A stretch of DNA of 11,496 nucleotides, from assembly GCA_034722955.1 (NCBI GenBank), contig JAYEOM010000092.1, forward strand, positions 1 to 11,496, written 5' to 3'. The translations under genes were made by a program, and so were the position numbers. This stretch comes from Campylobacterota bacterium. Its GTDB lineage: Bacteria > Campylobacterota > Campylobacteria > Campylobacterales > Sulfurovaceae. The notes under the pieces are model-generated. The model was not told the origin of the DNA and did no database searches. It saw only the letters and a program-made list of their open reading frames with translations. Of this stretch, positions 1 to 5,718 are shown in pieces. Each line of letters opens with the position of its first letter. The stretch's first letter is position 1.

Positions 1-126
1 ATAAAAATAGTACAAGCATACAAAAAAGGATATTCACAGCATTTGATTGCTAAAGTATTAGGATTAAATCAAGCAACTGTACAGAGGATTATCAAGAGGA
101 CAAAGGATAGCATTAGCATTATCTGA
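1..126 (+). CDS. 3' end (partial, runs off window) of an HTH-tailed protein, probably a REP-associated/HUH (Y1) tyrosine transposase
   Basis: Manual frame-1 translation IKIVQAYKKGYSQHLIAKVLGLNQATVQRIIKRTKDSISII*, TGA at 124-126. GYSQHLIAKVLGLNQATVQRII is an HTH pattern. The stop lies in a TGACCCC motif (124-130) that I associate with ends of RAYT-like genes. The catalytic domain is not visible, so the family call is inference. Confidence 0.55.
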   Translation: MKIVQAYKKGYSQHLIAKVLGLNQATVQRIIKRTKDSISII

Positions 127-137
127 CCCCTTTAGCC

Positions 138-211
138 CAAAAATATCTGTCTATACTGCTCTTTGATGGTATGGAAAGCTTCCATTATCTCAAAACACCG
201 CTCTTCATCTT
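138..211 (-). pseudogene. 74-bp internal fragment of the sbcC/Rad50-type SMC ATPase 3' region (copy 1 of direct repeat)
   Basis: Minus-strand translation DEERCFEIMEAFHTIKEQYRQIFL. Manual alignment to 1723-1796 gives 68/74 identical. Confidence 0.85.
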
Positions 212-1305
212 CACTCATGATTAAACTCATACTTATCAATCTCTCTTCGTAATGGATGAGTATAGGCAATCAAATTTTCATGCATCATTCTTCCAACTAC
301 AATTGATGTTTTTATATCTAAAGAGTTAGCAAAGGTCTCAACACTTGCTTTGCTCTTACAGTTTCCACTCATTGTAAATACATCAAAATCTTTTTGCGGG
401 ATAAGTAAATCTCTTGCAAATTGATTTGCTTCTTCCTCTTGTTCTCGTAGTTCAGGCGTGTCATAACCGTTTTCTATAAATATCTCACGCTTTTTATGTA
501 GTAAAATATGCCCTATCTCATGGAAGAAGCTGAACCAAAACTTATCGGAACTTTTACCTCTTAATGACATCATCAAAACTGCTTTATCTTTATTGTTGAG
601 CCAAAAAGTAGCTCCTTGTGCTCCTGTATTTTTAAAATGAGGCATAAGCACAAATGCTACACCACAAGAGGCAAGTAACTCTTTACATGCAGCTATAGCA
701 CCATTTACATCTAAAAGCATACTCTTTTTTATTTTTGGTAGTAATTTTTTTAGCTTTGACTTGTCAAAGGCTTTAGTATCGATAGTATTTGCCTCTAATC
801 GTCCTGCTTGTATCCATGAAGCGATACTCTCATGAGTAATGTTTTTATGGCTAGTTACTCTAAATGCACTTTGATAAGCACCTACATGTTCTATACGGCT
901 AAGATTAGCGACAGAAAAGAAACTTCTCAACTCATCTACTTTTTTTATCTTATCTCTTGTTTTTTCTACAAAACCAAGTTTAGAAAGGTCAAGGTATGGA
1001 AATCTATCCAAGAGAGAAGTCTCCTCCTTCATCACTTTTAACTCTTCTTGTTTTGCTTTTACCATTTGGTATTCAGACTCTAAGCCTATCCAGATATGTG
1101 CAGGTACTTTTAAAACATCCTCAAGCTCTATCGCTGTTGCAGGAGTGATGCTTTTTTTACCTTTTATGATCTCGTTTATAGCCTGTGTTGGTCGTCCAAG
1201 TCTATTTGCAAGTTCTGCTTGACTCATACCAATCTCTTCAATGGTCTCTTCCAGAAGTTCGCCAGGGTGTATAGCTAAGTCTGATATATATGTATTAGTC
1301 TCCAT
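211..1305 (-). CDS. higA: HigA-family XRE HTH antitoxin fused to ImmA/IrrE-type Zn metallopeptidase (364 aa)
   Basis: N-terminal IHPGELL...MSQAELANRLGRPTQAINEIIKGKKSIT...A.ELE..L..PA..W..L (HigA/VapI HTH). C-terminal FHEIGH (HExxH) plus EEEANQFA. Start moved to ATG 1305 (GAGGAGG at 1318-1324), overlapping the toxin stop by 11 nt. Confidence 0.88.
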   Translation of the reverse strand: METNTYISDLAIHPGELLEETIEEIGMSQAELANRLGRPTQAINEIIKGKKSITPATAIELEDVLKVPAHIWIGLESEYQMVKAKQEELKVMKEETSLLDRFPYLDLSKLGFVEKTRDKIKKVDELRSFFSVANLSRIEHVGAYQSAFRVTSHKNITHESIASWIQAGRLEANTIDTKAFDKSKLKKLLPKIKKSMLLDVNGAIAACKELLASCGVAFVLMPHFKNTGAQGATFWLNNKDKAVLMMSLRGKSSDKFWFSFFHEIGHILLHKKREIFIENGYDTPELREQEEEANQFARDLLIPQKDFDVFTMSGNCKSKASVETFANSLDIKTSIVVGRMMHENLIAYTHPLRREIDKYEFNHE

Positions 1306-1597
1306 AGTGGTCACTGACCTCCTCAATTTTTGCGATGTCAAATGTCTCTCCATCGTTGGTAATGATTAAACGCCAATAGCCTGTAAGCTTTATGGCATAT
1401 TCACCTTTGCGGTTTCCTTTTAAGGGGTGAAATTTTAAAGAGGGGATTTTATATAAGTCTTCAAAGTTTTTGGCACTTTTTAAGATGCCAACTCTCATAT
1501 TGTATTTTTTTGCAACCTGAGAACCGTAGGCTTTCTCAGCCTCCTTATGGTTCTCATACTGTTTTTGGAGTTTTTTAGTTCTAAATTTTATTTCCAA
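1295..1597 (-). CDS. higB: HigB/RelE-family type II toxin (100 aa)
   Basis: MEIKFRTKKL...KFHPLKGNRKGEYAIKLTGYWRLII...EEVSDHYGD matches the HigB pattern (HxLKGxRKGxxSIxxxxxWRL). TTG start. Toxin-first order upstream of HigA. Confidence 0.87.
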   Translation of the reverse strand: MEIKFRTKKLQKQYENHKEAEKAYGSQVAKKYNMRVGILKSAKNFEDLYKIPSLKFHPLKGNRKGEYAIKLTGYWRLIITNDGETFDIAKIEEVSDHYGD

Positions 1598-1611
1598 GTT
1601 TTCTTCTTTTT

Positions 1612-1637
1612 ATTCACCCATTAGGTGAATTATATCA
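1612..1637 (-). promoter_or_regulatory. higBA promoter (extended -10) overlapped by a palindromic operator
   Basis: Minus strand TGATATAAT (-10 hexamer at 1629-1634). Perfect 7-bp inverted repeat ATTCACC-N5-GGTGAAT at 1612-1630 covers the expected transcription start. Confidence 0.7.
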
Positions 1638-1668
1638 TAACTTTTTAAATAATCTTTATCCTTTACCA

Positions 1669-1890
1669 TTACAACTCCACCACTCTCTCAAACATCTCCT
1701 TAATCTCACTCTTATGAGATATCAAAAATATCTGTCTATACTGCTCCTTGATAGTATGAAATGCTTCCATAATCTCAAAACGCCGCTCTTCATCTTGACT
1801 TCCAAAAACTTCATCAAATGCCAGGAAACCAACCCCACCGCTATCACTAAGTTCGCTCAAAGTCTTAGAAAAGCTATACGCAACACTAGG
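1669..1890 (-). pseudogene. sbcC: Orphan 3' end of an SbcC/Rad50-type SMC ATPase gene, with a 1-nt frameshift
   Basis: Reads LVLRIA/(1-nt deletion near 1871)/SKTLSELSDSGGVGFLAFDEVFGSQDEERRFEIMEAFHTIKEQYRQIFLISHKSEIKEMFERVVEL*. Contains Walker B/D-loop (AFDEVFGSQD) and H-loop (LISH). No 5' portion upstream in the window. Confidence 0.8.
1723..1796. repeat. Copy 2 of the 74-bp direct repeat (with 138-211) bracketing the TA operon
   Basis: caaaaatatctgtctatactgctc...ccgctcttcatctt occurs at both sites, with 6 mismatches and no indels. Confidence 0.92.
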
Positions 1891-1980
1891 TATAATTTTG
1901 AAGGAGTTAACAATAAGGTATTTGAGGATAGAGATTTGTTACTAGATGTAGCATAATTAGGTGGAATAAGGAAATTATTT

Positions 1981-2061
1981 TTAGTGGTCTTGACAAAGGG
2001 GTGCATTATACAGAAACTGTGTTGATAAAACAAGCAGCAGTGTTACAATATACTTAATCAT
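1981..2061 (-). pseudogene. Signal-peptide-like mini-ORF (26 aa), probable truncated exported-protein gene
   Basis: AAGGAGGAG RBS at 2066-2074, ATG at 2061, translation MIKYIVTLLLVLSTQFLYNAPLCQDH*. Basic n-region plus hydrophobic h-region, then an early stop. Confidence 0.5.
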
Positions 2062-2109
2062 CTTTCTCCTCCTTGATATAGTAGTTGAGTAATAATACAA
2101 TAAATGACC

Positions 2110-2316
2110 CTAAAAAGAGATCAGCCAAATGGTGCTGATGCACCAATAGAGTTGAAACAGAGATAAGACAAAACCACAATACAACAGAACACTCCACCAT
2201 ACTCCATGACTAGCCAACCACAAAAAGTACCAACTTATTGCAATAGCTATAAAAAATATGGCGATATTCAATTTTTCTGGTATTTTGCAGCTATCAAGAT
2301 CGTCACTATTTTTCAT
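2110..2316 (-). CDS. Small hydrophobic protein (68 aa), possibly an N-terminal remnant of a membrane fatty-acid desaturase
   Basis: MKNSDDLDSCKIPEKLNIAIFFIAIAISWYFLWLASHGVWWSVLL... has two hydrophobic stretches. IPxxLN...LWLASH..WW resembles desaturase N-termini from memory, but no His-boxes are present. Lies just downstream of the DUF1622 gene. Confidence 0.35.
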   Translation of the reverse strand: MKNSDDLDSCKIPEKLNIAIFFIAIAISWYFLWLASHGVWWSVLLYCGFVLSLFQLYWCISTIWLISF

Positions 2317-2344
2317 ACTGTATCCATCTATTGGCAGTTTCAAT

Positions 2345-2668
2345 CTATTGAAGTTCAGAGACTTCCTTGTTGAGAGAGTAGGTCAAAACAGTTCTTATCG
2401 CAACAATAGCACCCAATACGACAACCTCATCTATGGTGGGCTTAATGATAGTATTGATGATGTCAGCAGCGATTAAAAATTCTAATCCCAGTAGAAGATA
2501 GGAGCCTAAATATCGTCTTATCACTCCTATCTCCTTGAGTGTATCCTCCTCATTTGCTTTACGCAGGCTCAAGAGTATGAACTCTTTCAAGCTCGATATC
2601 ACACCCCATAAAATAATCAAAATACCTATAAACCCTATGCCTAGTGTTAAAAAATGTAATATTTGCAT
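2345..2668 (-). CDS. DUF1622 family membrane protein
   Basis: RRYLGSYLLLGLEFLIAADIINTIIKPT...LGAIVAIRTVLTYSLNKE is the DUF1622 signature. GGAGGAG RBS at 2676-2682 favours ATG 2668. Confidence 0.9.
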   Translation of the reverse strand: MQILHFLTLGIGFIGILIILWGVISSLKEFILLSLRKANEEDTLKEIGVIRRYLGSYLLLGLEFLIAADIINTIIKPTIDEVVVLGAIVAIRTVLTYSLNKEVSELQ

Positions 2669-2819
2669 CAAATAGCTCCTCCTGCAAAATAGTTATTGAA
2701 GAATATTATGGCACAATCAATATTAAACTTAGGGTTGAAAGGTTTGAGTTTTTAGCCTCACTATTTTCAGTAATCCTAATGCATAATGCCGGTGAATAAT
2801 CTCTCTTCTATTTATTACT

Positions 2820-2828
2820 TGCTATAAT
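2820..2828 (+). promoter_or_regulatory. Extended -10 promoter of the antiporter gene
   Basis: TGCTATAAT at 2820-2828, 8 nt before ATG 2837, with no Shine-Dalgarno in between. Confidence 0.6.
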
Positions 2829-2836
2829 ATACCATT

Positions 2837-4039
2837 ATGGAAATAGATAATTTTTTTCTTACACTATTTTTGATATTGATTCTTGCTAGAGTATTAGGAG
2901 AACTCTTTGCACGATATGGTATCCCATCTGTATTGGGGGAACTCTTTGCAGGTGTGCTTTTGGGGTCATCCGTATTTGGTATCGTTGAGCCTAATGAGAT
3001 ACTCAAAATACTTGCCGAAATAGGGATTATTTTGCTTCTGTTTGAAGTAGGATTAGAGACGGACTTTGAGCGACTCAAAGATGCTGGGGTCAAATCCTTT
3101 ATCGTTGCTATCGCAGGGGTTGTTTTCCCATTCTCTTTGGGGTTTATTGTCTCCTATTTTCTCTTTGATCTCTCTACAAATATCTCGCTGTTTATTGGTG
3201 GGACGATGACAGCTACAAGTATAGGTATCACGCTGAGAGTATTGAGAGATATTAGTATGGAGAAGACCAATATAGCCCAGATAGTCATCGGTGCAGCGGT
3301 TATTGATGATATTATTGGGATTATTTTACTGGTATTTATTTACGATTTTTCAACCACTGATAATATGAGCTACCAGCATACCATAGAGGTAGCTGGTATG
3401 ATATTTGCATTTCTCATTTTTGCACCTCTATTAGCCAAAATATTATCTTATTTTATCTTCAAATACCATGCTCAAAGCAGGCTGCCTGGCTATATGCCTA
3501 CGATTATTATCTCGTTGATTTTGTTTTTTGCCTATCTATCACACCATATTGGTGCTCCTGCAATTTTAGGTTCTTTTGTCGCAGGTGTTGCTCTTTCGCG
3601 ACGCTTCTTTTTGCCTTTTGGTTTGATGTTGCGTAAAAATAAAGATCTTATCCATGAAGTACAGTCAAGCATGGCTCCCATCATCCAAATTTTCACTCCT
3701 ATATTTTTTGTTATGGTCGGACTCTCGATGGATTTGAGTGTGATTGACTTTAGCTCCGCAACCTTTTGGATAATGAGTAGTGTATTTATCTTTTTAGGCT
3801 TCATCAGTAAGTTTATAGGAGCATTTTTTATCTTCCAGCACTCTTTGAGAAATAATGCGATGATAGGCATATCGATGATACCTAGAGGTGAAGTGGGACT
3901 TATCTTTGCTGAGATAGGACGAGTCAATGGTGTGTTACCAAATGATATCTATGCGATACTAATCTTTGTAATCATCATCACAACCGTTGTGCCACCGTTT
4001 TTATTGAAGAGATATTTTAAGTTTGAATGTGTAGGGTAG
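2837..4039 (+). CDS. CPA2-family cation:proton antiporter (NapA/GerN/Kef-type membrane domain)
   Basis: 400 aa, highly hydrophobic. Motifs LAEIGIILLLFEVGLETD, TATSIGIT, AAVIDDIIG, PIFFVMVG, MIPRGEVGLI. Confidence 0.93.
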   Translation: MEIDNFFLTLFLILILARVLGELFARYGIPSVLGELFAGVLLGSSVFGIVEPNEILKILAEIGIILLLFEVGLETDFERLKDAGVKSFIVAIAGVVFPFSLGFIVSYFLFDLSTNISLFIGGTMTATSIGITLRVLRDISMEKTNIAQIVIGAAVIDDIIGIILLVFIYDFSTTDNMSYQHTIEVAGMIFAFLIFAPLLAKILSYFIFKYHAQSRLPGYMPTIIISLILFFAYLSHHIGAPAILGSFVAGVALSRRFFLPFGLMLRKNKDLIHEVQSSMAPIIQIFTPIFFVMVGLSMDLSVIDFSSATFWIMSSVFIFLGFISKFIGAFFIFQHSLRNNAMIGISMIPRGEVGLIFAEIGRVNGVLPNDIYAILIFVIIITTVVPPFLLKRYFKFECVG

Positions 4040-4169
4040 AGAATCTAGTTAGAGTCTCAAGCTTTGATATCATATTGCAGTTTTGGCTAGTCCTGCAAAC
4101 GATTGCCTTGTCTATGAGGTACCTCTCGACATAAATCGATCATCCTTAAGGGATTGTGTCACAGTATTT

Positions 4170-4225
4170 GGATATAATGCGTCTCATTTTCTATATTTCT
4201 AGATGAAAAAATATCTGTAAAGGAG
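4170..4225 (+). promoter_or_regulatory. rpmI-rplT promoter (-10) and RBS
   Basis: GATATAAT (-10 at 4173-4178) followed by GCGTC. AAGGAG at 4220-4225, 7 nt before ATG 4233. Confidence 0.6.
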
Positions 4226-4232
4226 TAACCTA

Positions 4233-4424
4233 ATGCCAAAAATGAAGAGCGTAAAAGGCGCTGTGAAGCGTTTCAAAGTTAAAAAAAGCGGCAAGATCAA
4301 AAGAGGAACGGCTTATAGAAGTCACATCCTGACCAAAGTTGATGGTAAGCACCATAGACAAATGAGATCACCAAAGCATGTTGATGCTGCGGACGCGAAA
4401 AACATCAAAGAGATGATCAACTAA
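4233..4424 (+). CDS. rpmI: 50S ribosomal protein L35
   Basis: MPKMKSVKGAVKRFKVKKSGKIKRGTAYRSHILTK..., upstream of rplT. Confidence 0.97.
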   Translation: MPKMKSVKGAVKRFKVKKSGKIKRGTAYRSHILTKVDGKHHRQMRSPKHVDAADAKNIKEMIN

Positions 4425-4440
4425 TCATCTCGCCATCTAT

Positions 4441-4556
4441 TCCCCCAAAAGGGGCAAGTTCAAACAGAGATAATGTTTGACACCTAATATAAACCAGCTT
4501 CAGCAGTTGACCCACACGATTAGTCGTATTGCGACATGCGAAGTTCGGTACAGGGT
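4441..4556 (+). ncRNA. Putative structured cis-regulatory RNA (candidate L20 autoregulatory element) between rpmI and rplT
   Basis: Manual folding gives three helices: CCCC/GGGG (4442-4454), TCAAACA/TGTTTGA (4460-4480) and a long bulged stem 4493-4549. It ends just before the rplT RBS (AAGGA ~4558-4562). Function is inferred from position. Confidence 0.5.
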
Positions 4557-4567
4557 AAAGGAAAACC

Positions 4568-4924
4568 ATGAGAGTAAAAACAGGTGTAGTCAGAAGACGA
4601 CGACACAAAAAACTACTAAAACAAGCCAGAGGATTCTACAGCGGTAGAAGAAAACATTTTAGAAAAGCAAAAGAGCAGCTTGAGAGATCACTGGTATATG
4701 CCTACAGAGATAGAAGACAGAAAAAAAGAGACTTTAGAAAACTATGGATCATCAGGATCAATGCAGCAGCAAGGCTCAACGATATGAACTACTCAACATT
4801 TATGTATGGTCTCAAACTTGCCAATATAGAACTTGACAGAAAAATTTTAGCAGATATGGCTATGAATGCTCCTGAAAGTTTCACGAAAATAGCAGAGGCT
4901 TCTAAAGCAGCTATAGTAAAATAA
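4568..4924 (+). CDS. rplT: 50S ribosomal protein L20
   Basis: [27 protein letters not shown]...[25 protein letters not shown]...[10 protein letters not shown]. Confidence 0.98.
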   Translation: MRVKTGVVRRRRHKKLLKQARGFYSGRRKHFRKAKEQLERSLVYAYRDRRQKKRDFRKLWIIRINAAARLNDMNYSTFMYGLKLANIELDRKILADMAMNAPESFTKIAEASKAAIVK

Positions 4925-4943
4925 TATTTATCTATCTATAATT

Positions 4944-4967
4944 TTGAGGAGCAGACCTGCTCCTCAA
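4944..4967. terminator. Perfect hairpin between convergent rplT and FTR-rhodanese genes (probable bidirectional terminator/3' stabiliser)
   Basis: TTGAGGAGCA-GACC-TGCTCCTCAA, 10-bp stem. No clear U-tract on either strand. Confidence 0.65.
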
Positions 4968-4980
4968 CCCTCTATGACCA

Positions 4981-5718
4981 CTATCCCCTTTGTGTTTCAC
5001 CACCATAACTTATGATACCATATTGAAGATTGCTTATCTGTTTGAATCCTAGTGATTTCATCGCATGTTGGACTTGGAAACTTCGACTTCCTGTATGACA
5101 GTAGACAACTATTGGAGTATGCTTCTTATCTGCAATATCTTCAACTTTTGCATAGAACTGTGAAGTGGGAACAAGGATATCGGTACCTACGATATGACCC
5201 ATCTGATACTCCATATACTCACGCACATCGACAAGCTCGAATGCTATCATGCCTAGCTCTCGTGCTTCGATCAATGCCTCTAGCTCATCTCCATCTAGTT
5301 GTTCTTGTTTTAGAAGTATCTCTGCTTGCTCATGGGTCAAGCCTTTGGAGTGCTGATGGACAACCTCTTCGATCTCATCTTTGATCCTTTGTGACTCTGC
5401 ATACTCAGAAGTACAGAAGATACCACAATGACAAAGCCCATCTTCGGGGATCTCCTTTTCCAGAGCTGGCTTGCAGGGGCATATACGGTTATCTGCCTCT
5501 CTCCTCTCCTCTTTTGTCTCTCCGATCACCATAAAACATGGGCAGAACCTCTTGCCATACATCAAGCGATTGCGTGCCAATCCCATAATCACACCCTCAT
5601 TGACCTCTTCATTGGGATTTTGTACAAGATTGAACTGTTTGTTAACTTTGTCTACAAAAACTTGTGTCTTATCCATCTCTGCTAAAAACTCAGGAGAGTT
5701 CATATCTATCTGTTGCAT
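4981..5718 (-). CDS. Ferredoxin-thioredoxin reductase catalytic (beta) domain fused to a C-terminal rhodanese domain
   Basis: N-half has the FTRc cysteine set CPC...CPC...CHC (YGKRFCPCF, ICPCK, GLCHCGIF). C-half has LVDVREYMEYQMGHI.G and VVYCHTGSRS...LGFKQISNLQYGI (rhodanese). Confidence 0.88.
   Translation of the reverse strand: MQQIDMNSPEFLAEMDKTQVFVDKVNKQFNLVQNPNEEVNEGVIMGLARNRLMYGKRFCPCFMVIGETKEERREADNRICPCKPALEKEIPEDGLCHCGIFCTSEYAESQRIKDEIEEVVHQHSKGLTHEQAEILLKQEQLDGDELEALIEARELGMIAFELVDVREYMEYQMGHIVGTDILVPTSQFYAKVEDIADKKHTPIVVYCHTGSRSFQVQHAMKSLGFKQISNLQYGIISYGGETQRG

Noticed and set aside
1306..1353. 16-aa N-terminal extension of HigA in the ORF track
   Set aside because: It overlaps higB by 59 nt. 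ATG 1305 has an SD and places the IHPGE motif at the usual N-terminal position.
138..1796. 74-bp repeats as IS terminal repeats or integron attC sites
   Set aside because: They are direct, protein-coding-derived and non-palindromic, with no RYYYAAC/GTTRRRY core, and too long and diverged for a target-site duplication.
1669..1860. 63-aa ORF as a stand-alone small gene
   Set aside because: The TTG start is an internal Leu codon. Homology continues upstream across a frameshift, so it is a fragment.
1889..1906. GGTATAAT plus AAGGAG looking like a plus-strand promoter and RBS
   Set aside because: No start codon at suitable spacing after the AAGGAG.
1714..1956. 80-aa plus-strand ORF
   Set aside because: Mostly the antisense of the sbcC tail. 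Only the last ~21 codons may be a real coding remnant, reported separately.
2105..2110. Second TGACCC motif resembling the one at 124-130
   Set aside because: Only 6 nt, same orientation, no flanking similarity. Expected by chance.
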